DNA of 64,000 nt from Bacteroidales bacterium (GCA_035390825.1 DAOOUQ010000024.1:436-64435), one strand, 5' to 3'. Positions 36,865 to 47,567 are shown, numbered from the stretch's first letter. Numbers and translations are program-made. Notes: generated from the sequence alone by a model not told the origin.

Positions 36865-38037
36865 CTACCTGAAGAGTTTAGGAACAAACTCCGACAGATA
36901 TACCCTCCAGTTTGTCCAGGTGTGTCCGCCCTCACTTTCACGGAATTCGTAAGGCATGTTGATATCATCAAGCTTTTTCCTGAATTCGGTATTGTATTTA
37001 TACAGGAAGTCGGTTTTGCCGATTCCAATCCAATAAAGCTTATAGCCGTTGTCCTTCTGCTGTTTCAGGGTGGCATCAAAATTATCGTACACTTTTGATA
37101 CTACTTTTGCATCGGGAGTGATAGCTGCTGAAAACAGACCGATATAGTCGAATGTATTTGGATAGTATCTTGAGATATGAAGGGAATGATAGCCTCCCAT
37201 TGACAATCCTGCAATGGCGCGTCCTGATTTCTTTGCAATGACCCGGTAATTGCTTTCAACAAATTTAATGATATCACCGAAAGTCTCCTCATATTTCCCG
37301 TCCATTGTATTAGGAAGCTGCATAGATGGTTTGTAGAAGCCAAGGCTTGATTCTCCGGGGGCTGCCTCCTGCGCGACATTCCCGTTCGGCATTACGACGA
37401 TCATTGGTAAGGCCTTGCCCTGTGCAATGAGGTTATCGAGGATCTGCGATGTTCTTCCGAGATTTATCCATGCCTCCTCATCTCCTCCCATTCCATGAAG
37501 AAGATAAAGGACCGGATAGTTTTCCCTGCTCGTTTCATATCCTGCCGGAGTATAAATTGTTATACGCCGCGTCACTCCAAGCGAGGGTGAATTATACCAG
37601 CGTCTCGTTACCGATCCATGGGGAACCTTGTTCACCTTGTAAAGATCTCCCTTCCCTCCGCCAGTGATGAAAACATTTGTAACAGAAGCCACATCCCTGA
37701 TGAGATAAACATTATTGGGGTCGGTACATTTAATCCCGTCGGCAATAAACGAATAGCTGTAAAGATCGGATGGAAGGGCTGCAGTTGTATACGTCCATAT
37801 GCCTTTTTCGTCCTTTTTCATTGCCTCTGAACCGGGAGTCCAGCCCTGGGCCGGCATCCAGTCGCCTGTGATTTTTACCTCCCTGGCATCAGGGGCCTGG
37901 AAGCGGAAGGTCACAGTATTGTCGGGATTCACTTCGGGAGAAATGATATTTGTTCCACCGAAAAGCGCCTGTTGCGGGTAGGATGGAAAACTAAATGCAA
38001 AAAAAGCCAATAGTGAAAACAACAGAAGTTTTTTCAT
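36865..38037 (-). CDS. Esterase family protein (alpha/beta hydrolase, CE1-like) with an N-terminal Ig/CBM48-like domain
   Basis: Signal peptide, N-terminal VTFRFQAPDAREVKITGDW module, nucleophile elbow GLSMGG, LLHGMGGDE. Confidence 0.85.
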   Translation of the reverse strand: MKKLLLFSLLAFFAFSFPSYPQQALFGGTNIISPEVNPDNTVTFRFQAPDAREVKITGDWMPAQGWTPGSEAMKKDEKGIWTYTTAALPSDLYSYSFIADGIKCTDPNNVYLIRDVASVTNVFITGGGKGDLYKVNKVPHGSVTRRWYNSPSLGVTRRITIYTPAGYETSRENYPVLYLLHGMGGDEEAWINLGRTSQILDNLIAQGKALPMIVVMPNGNVAQEAAPGESSLGFYKPSMQLPNTMDGKYEETFGDIIKFVESNYRVIAKKSGRAIAGLSMGGYHSLHISRYYPNTFDYIGLFSAAITPDAKVVSKVYDNFDATLKQQKDNGYKLYWIGIGKTDFLYKYNTEFRKKLDDINMPYEFRESEGGHTWTNWRVYLSEFVPKLFR

Positions 38038-38061
38038 ATTTAAAAGGATTTATTGATACAA

Positions 38062-38096
38062 CAATGGTTTTAACATTCAGACAAATGTAACCATTG
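38062..38096 (-). terminator. Hairpin downstream of the CrtI-like gene
   Basis: caatggtt...aaccattg outer 8-bp stem with inner acatt/aatgt pairing, ~33 nt 3' of the stop on the minus strand. Confidence 0.5.
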
Positions 38097-38128
38097 ATTT
38101 TAATTCGTCAACATGATTCTGTTAAGGG

Positions 38129-39643
38129 TCAGGCTTTTGTTGCAACAAATTTTCTGCCGTCTTTTTTGCATATTGCCTTGAAAAGCCTTCGGGCCGACAT
38201 AATCCCGGTCGGCAATCCTCCTCCGGGTTCGACCCATTGCCCGCACATGTAGAAATTTTCAAGCCCCGGCAGGGTTTGAGACATTGGCTTTATAATAGTG
38301 TTCGAATTTTCCGGTGTTATAAGCCATCCCTCAAAGCTACCCCTCCAGTTGCCCGTGTATCTTTCAAAAGTCATTGGTGTTGCAACATCGACCATCCCGA
38401 TCTGCGACGAGATGCCCGGGAAACGCTGTTCAAGAAGTTTTATAACCTGAGCCGATATCTCGTCTTTTTTGCTGACATAGGCCTTTTTATCAGCATGGAG
38501 CTCTTTCCAGTAGTCATAATTTGTCTCCAGCATTACCGTGAGCGTCGTATGTCCTTCAGGAGCCATAGATGGATCATGATGGTAAAGGTGTACGGGCAGA
38601 CGGGCCCTCTTTTTGTCTGCGATCACCACCTCCTCGCGGAGAGGGAAGCTGAATCCCGACACCGACAACGGGATCTCATCAAAACGCCGGCTTACTCCCA
38701 GGCCAACGATCAAAAGTGGATGGAATGGGATCCATTTTTCGTATATATCCCTTATTTTTTCATCGGCATACCGCCCGTCGAGCATTTTGAAAATTGTGTT
38801 GTATCCGTCTGCTGCCGAAATGACAATATCACTCCTGTATTCCTTTCTGTCATCAAGTACCACACCTGATGCCCTGTTGTTTTCGGTAATTATCCTTGCG
38901 ACACGGCTGTTATAGGCAAGTGTCCCTCCAAGAGCCCTGTACCTTTCCTCCAGAGCCCTCGACATTGGCATTGAACCGCCCAGCGGATAGCCGGCATTTT
39001 TTGCGTTGAGGTAAGCAAAAGTAAAGAACATGAACAGTATTGAAAACTCAGGGATCCACATTTCACTGAAAGCCTGTTTCAGGTCAGGATCCTTAAAGCC
39101 GGCGGCAAACTCTTTTCCCGTCACCTTCATCCAATGCTGCAATTGTTTGCCTTTGGTGAAAAATGTGGAATAAAGCTTTAGTTGTTTAAAAAACCGCTCA
39201 GGAAAGGAAACATTTTTAGAGGACTGGTTAAAAGGAATGCACAGCTTAATACCGTTTATAAAATCCCTTATGTGGGCTTCATCCTGAGGTGAAAATTCGA
39301 TGAGGTGTTTTTCAAGTTTGTCAATATCCCTGTGAAATGTAATAACTCTCCCGTCAGGGCATTCATAATGCATATATGAATCCATATTAATAAACTCCCT
39401 GCCCTGAATTAAGCCGACTTCTTCCCAATAGTCGTACATGGCGCTGCCGGGATTTGAACCTACCAGCCAGTGGATGCAGCCGTCGACTGTGTATCCCTTT
39501 CTTTTCCATGAAGTGCATAAACCCCCGGGTTTGTCGTGCATTTCGAATATGGTTGTTTTGTAACCATTCATCTGACCGTATATACCGGCAGCCAATCCTG
39601 CAAATCCGGCACCGATAATTATTACCTGTTTTTCGTTATTCAT
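38129..39643 (-). CDS. Phytoene desaturase (CrtI)-family FAD-dependent oxidoreductase
   Basis: Dinucleotide-binding motif VIIIGAGFAGLAAG and a ~500-aa CrtI-like length. No other carotenoid genes nearby. Confidence 0.8.
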   Translation of the reverse strand: MNNEKQVIIIGAGFAGLAAGIYGQMNGYKTTIFEMHDKPGGLCTSWKRKGYTVDGCIHWLVGSNPGSAMYDYWEEVGLIQGREFINMDSYMHYECPDGRVITFHRDIDKLEKHLIEFSPQDEAHIRDFINGIKLCIPFNQSSKNVSFPERFFKQLKLYSTFFTKGKQLQHWMKVTGKEFAAGFKDPDLKQAFSEMWIPEFSILFMFFTFAYLNAKNAGYPLGGSMPMSRALEERYRALGGTLAYNSRVARIITENNRASGVVLDDRKEYRSDIVISAADGYNTIFKMLDGRYADEKIRDIYEKWIPFHPLLIVGLGVSRRFDEIPLSVSGFSFPLREEVVIADKKRARLPVHLYHHDPSMAPEGHTTLTVMLETNYDYWKELHADKKAYVSKKDEISAQVIKLLEQRFPGISSQIGMVDVATPMTFERYTGNWRGSFEGWLITPENSNTIIKPMSQTLPGLENFYMCGQWVEPGGGLPTGIMSARRLFKAICKKDGRKFVATKA

Positions 39644-39777
39644 TTTTCCAGTTTAATGATTTTTAGGTTATGCTTAAACCTCATTTCGAATCATTTTTCA
39701 TACATCTCAGGTTCCTCATCACAAAGAATCCATGATCTAAAGACCATCGGACCATCTGCGCACGAGACCTTACGGTC

Positions 39778-41535
39778 TTATTTCATCACTGCCTTCCTGT
39801 TATTCACATCAATCTGCCCTCCCTTGCCGTTTATAATACTTTTTACAACACTTTCCTTATTCCCGTTCAGCCAGAAGATTATCTTGTTATGGATCCTGTT
39901 CTCAAGGTGGGGAGGTGTTTCGATTGCATTGTCTACTATCACGGGCGCATCATAAAAGACATTATATATTCCTATTCCCCAGGCATCGTGGTTCCTGACA
40001 TTGTCTGAAACCTTGTAAGATGCATATCCACTGGTGCTGTTATGCTTCCAGGCATCGACGGAAGGCGGATCGTAGGGCATTTCACTCTGGTAGAAATATA
40101 CTCTCCCGTTCTCCCCGTTCCAGAGTGTCTGATATTCCTGGAAATGCTCGTTAAAAAGTCCGTAGACGGTTACATTATTTCCGTTCACTATAAGGCCGTT
40201 TGCACATCTGTTCTTATCCCATCCGACTCCGTTACCGTGATCGGCCCTCCAAAGCCAGACATGATCGACAAAAACATCACTGCTGTTAATTACCAGGCAG
40301 GCTGAGGCTGAGCCTTCAGCCGGTCCGCCAACCCTGAAAAAGATATCGTAAAGGAACACAGGATTTCCGGTGTGACGTTTCACTGCTCCGGGCCCGCCGA
40401 CCTCAAAAAGTTTTTCAGAAAATGTTTTACCGGCATCTATTGTTATTCCGCTAACAGTGACGCCATCAATATCAGCAATTTCCACGGCCGCGTTGCCGTT
40501 CACCGGAATAAGGGTTGCAAGGCCGGTGCCCATTACAATTGTCCCTGGTTTTGTTATCTTCAGGCTGCTCTCAAGCATATACCTTCCCGGCGTTAAAAGC
40601 AGGTTTTTCCCTTTTGAAAGGGCCATGTTAATTGTTTCAGCGTTGTCGGTTCCGGGATATGCGATATAAAATTTACTCAGGCTCAGTGTCTTTCCCGGGT
40701 CATTACCGGTGAGCCATTCAGGGCCAACACTGTTTTGCCTGAGAGCAGGAACGCGGATAACAAATTCCTGTCCCTTAAGTGCCAGGTAAGGTTTTTCCCG
40801 AATGGTTGGAGTAGCGGCAATAGTCGTATATGGAAGTACCGGCCAGTTTTCTGCCGGGGCTCCGTTGACACCCACGAACATCATGTTCCAGTTGCCTCCG
40901 ACCCAGAGGCCCATGTCGGTGTTCCTTGTGAACCATTGCTGCTGGGGCCCTGAACTTATTTTGCCGTCGATCTTTGAGTCGGCCAGGAAACCCCCGCTGG
41001 CGTATCCTTTGTCGAATAACTGCAGATCGCCTTTCACATGAACCCTTCTCAAGGGTGAGGCCTGCGATACTCCCCATACCATTGCTGAATCGCGGGGAGG
41101 GACGACAGTAAGGTTTTCAACCGATCTCCAGAAGTTGACAAGGACGCTTTTCCTGTGCAGGGTATTTGACCGCACCGCACCTTTGATCACAACGTCTTCA
41201 GGCGATTCACCGAGGCCAGCCACCTGTGTGTAATATTCGACCCTGACGTCAAGGTCATAGACACCCGGTTTGAACATCAAAGCATAACGGTTTTCAGAGA
41301 ACTCACTTCTCCGGGCCGACTGCCTTGCAAAAACCGAATCAATGACAGTCTGGATGTCCTCCATCTGCATTGAAGGGTCGAAGACAAAAACATTTTCTCC
41401 GAGGGCAGGCACGTTGAATTTTTTAAAACTCTCAGGAAACTGTCCCGACGGATTGTCAGGCTCCCGGGAATATAGTAGTGATGCCTGCAATCCCAGCAGG
41501 AGCAACAATCCCTGTAGTGCATAAGGAATCTTCAT
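39778..41535 (-). CDS. Secreted right-handed beta-helix (pectin-lyase-fold-like) protein, possible glycoside hydrolase
   Basis: Signal peptide, 585 aa with repetitive beta-helix-like segments. Family assignment not resolved by eye. Confidence 0.5.
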   Translation of the reverse strand: MKIPYALQGLLLLLGLQASLLYSREPDNPSGQFPESFKKFNVPALGENVFVFDPSMQMEDIQTVIDSVFARQSARRSEFSENRYALMFKPGVYDLDVRVEYYTQVAGLGESPEDVVIKGAVRSNTLHRKSVLVNFWRSVENLTVVPPRDSAMVWGVSQASPLRRVHVKGDLQLFDKGYASGGFLADSKIDGKISSGPQQQWFTRNTDMGLWVGGNWNMMFVGVNGAPAENWPVLPYTTIAATPTIREKPYLALKGQEFVIRVPALRQNSVGPEWLTGNDPGKTLSLSKFYIAYPGTDNAETINMALSKGKNLLLTPGRYMLESSLKITKPGTIVMGTGLATLIPVNGNAAVEIADIDGVTVSGITIDAGKTFSEKLFEVGGPGAVKRHTGNPVFLYDIFFRVGGPAEGSASACLVINSSDVFVDHVWLWRADHGNGVGWDKNRCANGLIVNGNNVTVYGLFNEHFQEYQTLWNGENGRVYFYQSEMPYDPPSVDAWKHNSTSGYASYKVSDNVRNHDAWGIGIYNVFYDAPVIVDNAIETPPHLENRIHNKIIFWLNGNKESVVKSIINGKGGQIDVNNRKAVMK

Positions 41536-41561
41536 GTTGCAGTATGTTGTTTAGGTTAGAT

Positions 41562-42680
41562 TTATCTGCCCCTGAGGTTTCTGAAAGACCTTAGATGGTC
41601 AGCAGTCTCCCTGACAAGTCTCTGAACCTCCAGTCCATGTTCAATATCAGGTAAGACGGGGTCGGATGACAACCCCGTTATGAACACATAATGTCCATGT
41701 ATCATCGGCCTGTGCCATCCGGCAGGAACGTGGCCCGAGGGGAAGTTTGTATAAGGTTTATAATGACTTCCGGAAAGATGCCTGGTCCATACGCCTGACT
41801 CCTCGGTGAAGTATTCAAAAAGATCGGGAGAAAGAGTGGAATATTTAAGGGCTCCCTTTTCGGCGAAAATTTCAAATGCAAGATAATCGCCGGTTCCTGA
41901 ACTTATCCTGCTTGAGGATAAGGTACCTGCGGCAAAGGATGTTTCATCGAGTACTGAAATCTGGCTGAAAAGATCTGATTCTTCCGGAACATCATCAAAA
42001 TGTCCGGCCTGAATGCCGCTTGTTATCCTCAACTTGTTGCCGAGAAAGGCGACAAGAAAGCTTATCGCGTGTGAGCCAAGGTCGGCCATTGCTCCACCGT
42101 CGGGCGCCGGAGTGAGCCGGTTTGTCCGTTTGTCGCGGTATTCTTTCCTGAGGTAGTCGCTGTGGTAATATCTGAAGTCAAAGTGCACCGGTTTCCCAAG
42201 CTTCCCTGATTTCCAGAGTATAAGCGCATCCCTTACGGCTGAGGAAAAGAGATACTGGAACCCGACCTGGATTCTGACTTCAGGATGTGATAAGGCCAGG
42301 TCTCTCATTGAAATCTCTTCCTCAGTATTTGAGCAGACAGGTTTTTCGAGATAGATTCTCCTGACAGATTTCATCCCCAGTGCAGCCCTGAAATGCTCAT
42401 AATGGACTTTATTTGGCCCCAGGATAAAGACGGTGTCAACGTTATCGTTCCTTATAAAATCATCAATATCGCAAGCATTGGCGAATCCGTAGCGTTCCGC
42501 GAAGCTTTCGCGGGATTCCTTTCTTCCTGAACAGACCACTGCCAGCTCTATGCCGGGGACATCATTGTAATAATATTTCAATGAATTCAGGGAGAATGCA
42601 TGAGAGCGTGCTATTCCCCCTGCTCCGATAAATCCGATTACAACTTTGTTCTGATTCATTTCGAAATAGAGGATTTTCAA
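41562..42680 (-). CDS. Gfo/Idh/MocA family NAD(P)-dependent oxidoreductase
   Basis: Rossmann motif VIGFIGAGGIARSHA and EKP motif (YLEKPV). The start may be the internal MNQNK. Confidence 0.88.
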   Translation of the reverse strand: MKILYFEMNQNKVVIGFIGAGGIARSHAFSLNSLKYYYNDVPGIELAVVCSGRKESRESFAERYGFANACDIDDFIRNDNVDTVFILGPNKVHYEHFRAALGMKSVRRIYLEKPVCSNTEEEISMRDLALSHPEVRIQVGFQYLFSSAVRDALILWKSGKLGKPVHFDFRYYHSDYLRKEYRDKRTNRLTPAPDGGAMADLGSHAISFLVAFLGNKLRITSGIQAGHFDDVPEESDLFSQISVLDETSFAAGTLSSSRISSGTGDYLAFEIFAEKGALKYSTLSPDLFEYFTEESGVWTRHLSGSHYKPYTNFPSGHVPAGWHRPMIHGHYVFITGLSSDPVLPDIEHGLEVQRLVRETADHLRSFRNLRGR

Positions 42681-42682
42681 AC

Positions 42683-43801
42683 TCAGATTTTTATGAAGAG
42701 CCTGTTTTTATAAAGCCAGTAGCAAAGATACCACAATGAGCCCCAGACAGCGAGGCTTGCAATCACTGAAGTAAGCATTTCGCCGGTCCATGAGAAAATA
42801 AGCTCACTGAACGGCTTTGCTATCCTTTCAAACAGGTTTGCCCCTCTGATTGAAAAGAAAAGGTAGATAAAAATGCTGTTCATACCTACTACAATAAAGA
42901 ACCATGATCCTTTGACGAAAAGCTTCTTCACATCAATAAGCCAGTAACAGAATGCAAGCACAAGGATTGCCCAGCCCCCGCTTGCAAAAACGAAAGATGA
43001 AGTTGCAATTTTCTTTATTATTGGTGTTATGTTAAGAAGATCAAGGCCATATCCGGTTACCAAAGCAACAAAGCCTCCTGTAACCAGTGTCTTGATTTTC
43101 TGGGAAGAGCTTCTGTCACTCATAAGGATCTTTCCGCACAGAACGCCCCATACCGTATGGGCCGTTGTAGAGACGAAGTTAAGGGTTGCCCATTCACTGG
43201 CCTTTTGAACCCCTTCGATCTTGTTATTGAACCAGGCCCCGAGGTTTTGGAAATTCACCCAGGGATTATTAAAGCCTTCGACGGGGAAAAACCTGTAGGC
43301 CAGGTCAATCAGTAGAAGTATTGCCAGAGTAAAGATGATCTGGAATCTGAAGCTTTTGTTTCTTATAAGAAATGCGACGATGTAAGTAACGGAGAGCTGG
43401 GCGAGAACATTCTGGAACCTGAAAACAAGATGGCCGGCGTCGACAAAATAAAGAGCCCACCCGAAAAACAATAAAAGCAATGAACGCTTAAATGCATGGA
43501 GCGTGACGTCCCTGTTGCTCTCGCCTTTTTTTAACCTGTTGGCAACTGCAAACGGGATTGCAACCCCGACAATGAACATGAAAAACGGCTGAATCAGATC
43601 CCAGAAATGCAAACCATGCCATTCATGATGATGTAGCTGATACCCAAGGAAATGAATAAATCCGTTGTTTGATTTTAATAATATTGAATAAAGTTCTGTG
43701 GCTTCTCCGGCCAGCAGGAACATTGTAAACCCCCTGAAGAAGTCAACAGAGGTTATTCTGCCGGGTGGAGCCTGCGGGGTGAATTTTGTTTCTGTGGTCA
43801 T
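42683..43801 (-). CDS. DUF5009 / HGSNAT-like acyltransferase-family membrane protein
   Basis: RITSVDFFRGFTMFLL N-terminal motif and ~10 TM helices. Confidence 0.8.
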   Translation of the reverse strand: MTTETKFTPQAPPGRITSVDFFRGFTMFLLAGEATELYSILLKSNNGFIHFLGYQLHHHEWHGLHFWDLIQPFFMFIVGVAIPFAVANRLKKGESNRDVTLHAFKRSLLLLFFGWALYFVDAGHLVFRFQNVLAQLSVTYIVAFLIRNKSFRFQIIFTLAILLLIDLAYRFFPVEGFNNPWVNFQNLGAWFNNKIEGVQKASEWATLNFVSTTAHTVWGVLCGKILMSDRSSSQKIKTLVTGGFVALVTGYGLDLLNITPIIKKIATSSFVFASGGWAILVLAFCYWLIDVKKLFVKGSWFFIVVGMNSIFIYLFFSIRGANLFERIAKPFSELIFSWTGEMLTSVIASLAVWGSLWYLCYWLYKNRLFIKI

Positions 43802-43825
43802 TGCAAGGATTATTTTGGTTAGGAT

Positions 43826-46800
43826 CTATTTTACGGCTTTCATGAGTTCCCCGATGGCACGTTCAAGCTGTTGATCATGGCCGTTACTGATTTCAGCCGG
43901 CTCATTCTTAACCTGTACATCAGGGGCTGTCTCCACATTTTCAAGCCAGTTGCCGTTAATGTCTTTTGTACTGACAGGGACGGCTCCCCACGTCGTTTCT
44001 CCATCCTGAAGCATCTCCCATCCTGCGTAGCTGCATGTTCCGGGAACAGGCATTCCAACCGTAATCCCTATGCCAAGCTCCTTATACCCGCATGCAAAGC
44101 AATGACCGTCACTGTAGTTTGCTTCATTGAACATTGCCACGGTCGGCTTTGTCCATCTGAAATTTGGTTCATAACCGACAGGTCTGCTTTCTGTTGAATA
44201 TTCGAGGTATTTCTTACCGGTAAAGAACATTGTAAGATCCGAAACAAGGTCGCCGCCGTTGTTAAAACGGGTATCAACGATAACCCCTTTCCTGTCGGAG
44301 TATTTTCCCATCATCTCCTCGTAAACAGTGCGGTAGGGCCCGTCGGACATTCCGGGGACGTGAACATAGCCTATTTGACCGTTTCCGAGTTTGTCGACTT
44401 CATCCTGGTTAAGCTGAACCCAGCGTTTATAAAGAAGTGCATTTTCTTCATTCCTTGTGACAGGCTTTATGGTAATATTCTGCCTCGACTTTGTTGCAGG
44501 GTCAAATACCGTGAGCAATGTGAATTTTCCTGCTTTGCGGTTAAGGTACGATGCCACATCGCGTTTGACAGTGATAGTGTCACCGTCAATCTGTTCGATT
44601 ATCATCCCCGGCCTGACATTTATACTGGCTTTGTCGAGGGGCCCGTCCTTGATGATCTCCTCTATCCTGATCCCGTCGCCGGTGTAAGCGTAATCCATGA
44701 AAATCCCAAGGGATGCTGTATTATCGCTGCCCCGGGCTGCAGGGTTGTACCTTGATCCTGAATGTGAAACATTGAGCTCGCCCAGCATTTCCGAAAGAAG
44801 CTCTGAAAATTCATGTCCGTTTCCAATAAATGGCAGGAATTTTTTGTAATCAGCATAAAGCTGATCCCAGTTTGCACCATGGAACGTGGAAATATAAAAC
44901 ATGGCTTTTGTCCTGTGCCACACATGATTGAACATTACTTCCCTTTCAGCATTGAGGTCAATTGTCATTTCTCCCCTGAACGATACTGTCTCTTTTTTCC
45001 AGCCATCGGGATTTATTTTTGATATGCTGCCATCAGCAAGGAGGAAGAGGTTTTTCATGTCTTTGTCCCACATTAGGTTAGCTTTTTCGGCTTCAAGTGA
45101 AAGCTCCATTTTTGTTTCTTTTGTCCTCAGGTTTGTTGACCAGAGATTGAGTCCTTTTTCAAACCTGGCAAGATAATAGAGCTTTTCACCATCCTTTGAG
45201 AGCACTGCATCACCCAGTGATGAAGAGTTTATTGTCAGTCTTGCCTTTCGGTTGTAGATGCCATCCATATCAAACACTACAGATGTATCCTTTTTGACCT
45301 CGGGAGTTTTTCTCTTTTTGTCAGCATTCTCCTTTTCCTTGTCTTTCTTCTCCTTTTCCTTTGCCTTGTTTTCGATTTCCTTCAGAAGTGCGTAATCTTC
45401 CTTGCTCATCCTGAAGCGGTCCCATGCATCGCGCGTAAAGAACATGCTGTAAACGTCAGCCTGACGGTTTCCGCTGTTTGCGTAGCTGCGCAGGCCGTCG
45501 CGGTCGCTGAACCAGAGCATCTGTTTTCCGCCGTTGACCCAAACCGGGCGGGAATCATTGTATCCGCTTCTTGTAAGGTTTACCATTTGCGATTTACCGT
45601 CAGCAGGAATAAGAGCTACTTCCGAATTCGACATTATCGGTGAATATTCTGCCAGCAGCCATTTGCTGTCGGGGCTCCACTGGAAATACTGATCGCCTTC
45701 CGACATATAGATAATATTGTCAGGCGTTAACAGGGTGCGTGTCTGTCTGGTTTTAATGTTGAAAATCTTCAGCGACCTGCGGTCCTCTATATAGGCAACC
45801 TCCCTGCCATTTGGTGAGATTTTCGGTTGGTAATTGTCGTGTGTGTTGCTGATAAGCGGCTCTTCCCTGACAAGGGTTGATGCATAGAAATATGGTTCCT
45901 CTGATCGCACTATCCTTGAAATAAATATTTTCCATGTATTTCCGCGTTCGCTGGCATATATGAGCGAATCACCGGAAGGGGAAAATCCTATAAATCTCTC
46001 CTCTTCGGGGGTATTTGTTATCCTTTTTGTAATTCCTCCGTCGGCTGATGATACAAAAACTTCTCCCCTGACGATAAATGCAACTTCCTTTCCGTCGGGC
46101 GATACAGCCATTTCACGGACATTGCCGTTTACTTCCATTATCTGTTCGGGATTGTTCTTGCCTGCCGTACTGATAAACACTGAAAGTTTTTGAGGCTGGC
46201 CTCCGGGCTGCATCGTATACAGCGCTCCGTCATAACCAAAACAAAGCTTTCCCGCATCGGAAGAAGAAAGAAACCTTACCGGACCTCCCTTGAAAAATGT
46301 AACCTGCTTCTTCTGTTCAGGATCTGATATCATAAGGTTAAATACATTGAATGATCCGCTTTCCTCGCTAAGGTAATAAAGCGATTTTTCATCAGGTGAA
46401 AAAACGGGGGTCCTGTCTTCTCCCCTGAATGTTGTAAGCATCTTATGTGTTCCACTGTTTCGATCCCAGATCCACAGATCCCTGGTGATTGATGAAGTAT
46501 GATGTTTCCTCCAGGCGTTCTCACCTCCTTTTTTGTCGTGATAAACATATAAGTTACCGTCGCGCGAAACATTGACATCCTCAGCAGGGATTGTCCAAAC
46601 CTGACTGACTCTGCCGCCTTTGACTGGCACCATGTATACTTCGGGTTGTGATTCTGTTGGATACTGCCTGTGCGATGCGGCATCCTGTCTTGTTCCTCCG
46701 AAGATTACATAATTGTTGTCGGATGAAAAGGAATACGGGTATTCATTTGAAGAATGGAAAGTAAGTCTTGCAGGCTCTCCTCCGGATACCGCGACAATGT

Positions 46801-47071
46801 AAATGTCAAAATTCCCATAACGGTCAGACGCAAAGGCAATATATTTTCCGTCGTTGCTCCACACCGGCATAAAGTCGTGAGCTTCGTGAAAAGTAAGTGG
46901 CGTTGCCGTACCGCCTTCAGAAGCAACAAGATATATGTCGCCCTTATAGGTGAAGGCAATTTTACTGCCGTCGGGAGATATTGACGGATAACGTAGCCAC
47001 AGAGCTTCGGTTTGTGAAAACGTTATGCAGGAGGTTGATAGCAAAAGCAGAACATAAAGAAATCTTTTCAT
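43826..47071 (-). CDS. Tricorn-protease-like S41 peptidase (beta-propellers + PDZ + S41 domain)
   Basis: 1081 aa with a signal peptide, TolB-like repeats (SPDGSKIAFTYKGDIY, SNDGKYIAFASDRYG), a PDZ-like region and an S41 motif DTRFNNGGDL. Confidence 0.9.
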   Translation of the reverse strand: MKRFLYVLLLLSTSCITFSQTEALWLRYPSISPDGSKIAFTYKGDIYLVASEGGTATPLTFHEAHDFMPVWSNDGKYIAFASDRYGNFDIYIVAVSGGEPARLTFHSSNEYPYSFSSDNNYVIFGGTRQDAASHRQYPTESQPEVYMVPVKGGRVSQVWTIPAEDVNVSRDGNLYVYHDKKGGENAWRKHHTSSITRDLWIWDRNSGTHKMLTTFRGEDRTPVFSPDEKSLYYLSEESGSFNVFNLMISDPEQKKQVTFFKGGPVRFLSSSDAGKLCFGYDGALYTMQPGGQPQKLSVFISTAGKNNPEQIMEVNGNVREMAVSPDGKEVAFIVRGEVFVSSADGGITKRITNTPEEERFIGFSPSGDSLIYASERGNTWKIFISRIVRSEEPYFYASTLVREEPLISNTHDNYQPKISPNGREVAYIEDRRSLKIFNIKTRQTRTLLTPDNIIYMSEGDQYFQWSPDSKWLLAEYSPIMSNSEVALIPADGKSQMVNLTRSGYNDSRPVWVNGGKQMLWFSDRDGLRSYANSGNRQADVYSMFFTRDAWDRFRMSKEDYALLKEIENKAKEKEKKDKEKENADKKRKTPEVKKDTSVVFDMDGIYNRKARLTINSSSLGDAVLSKDGEKLYYLARFEKGLNLWSTNLRTKETKMELSLEAEKANLMWDKDMKNLFLLADGSISKINPDGWKKETVSFRGEMTIDLNAEREVMFNHVWHRTKAMFYISTFHGANWDQLYADYKKFLPFIGNGHEFSELLSEMLGELNVSHSGSRYNPAARGSDNTASLGIFMDYAYTGDGIRIEEIIKDGPLDKASINVRPGMIIEQIDGDTITVKRDVASYLNRKAGKFTLLTVFDPATKSRQNITIKPVTRNEENALLYKRWVQLNQDEVDKLGNGQIGYVHVPGMSDGPYRTVYEEMMGKYSDRKGVIVDTRFNNGGDLVSDLTMFFTGKKYLEYSTESRPVGYEPNFRWTKPTVAMFNEANYSDGHCFACGYKELGIGITVGMPVPGTCSYAGWEMLQDGETTWGAVPVSTKDINGNWLENVETAPDVQVKNEPAEISNGHDQQLERAIGELMKAVK

Positions 47072-47454
47072 GGAAATTGTTTTTTGCTGTGCAATTTACG
47101 AAAAGAATCAAACGGGACAATTTTAACGGATGACCTAATTAACCTGTTTTTAGATAAAGCATTTCTTTTTTGCATACATATACGCATTTTCCGGTTTTGC
47201 CCTAAGGTGAAAAGTCGTTGAGTCAGACATCCTGTTCCCCTGTGGGGGATCGCGAAATTTCGGGATGTTCGGTGAAAAATACGGGAATTTGTGAACTGGA
47301 TGATTTTAAAATCAACGAAGTGTGTAATCTTCATGATTATCAGCGAGTGATTGATTTTAGACTGTCGTCCCCAGACTGAATGATTTGTAAAAATAGTTTA
47401 AATCACTATTTTTATCAGGATAATTTGTGAGTCAGAAACATTTATAAAGTCTCT

Positions 47455-47514
47455 ATGAAACATAAAATGCTTTTCAAAATTGCTGTTTTAGTGATCCTCC
47501 CTTCGTTTTTTTAA
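47455..47514 (+). other. 19-codon mini-ORF encoding a signal peptide, likely the displaced N-terminus of the downstream PQQ-like gene
   Basis: MKHKMLFKIAVLVILPSFF then TAA. The stop lies at the end of a T7 run (47506-47512). The -1 frame continues LTFCSNRQDWNQFRGPEGD into the ATG at 47568. Confidence 0.6.
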
Positions 47515-47567
47515 CGTTCTGTAGTAACAGACAGGATTGGAACCAGTTCAGAGGGCCAGAAGGGGAC

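Noticed and set aside
39680-39695. ttcgaatc, a possible tRNA T-arm
   Set aside because: There is no flanking GGTTCGAATCC context, acceptor stem or anticodon arm. No tRNA-like sequence was seen anywhere in the window.
45290-45370. Low-complexity CT-rich DNA (K/E-rich linker KEKEKKDKEKENADKKRK) inside the tricorn-like protease gene
   Set aside because: It is in frame and behaves as an interdomain linker, so it is not an independent repeat element.
47068-47334. 88-aa minus-strand ORF in the tricorn / PQQ divergent intergenic region
   Set aside because: No motif is recognisable. It overlaps the likely promoter and 5'-UTR region, which contains a small structured segment (acatcc...ggatgt enclosing cccc-tgt-gggg and cgaaatttcg). 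A 383-nt divergent promoter region is not unusual in itself.
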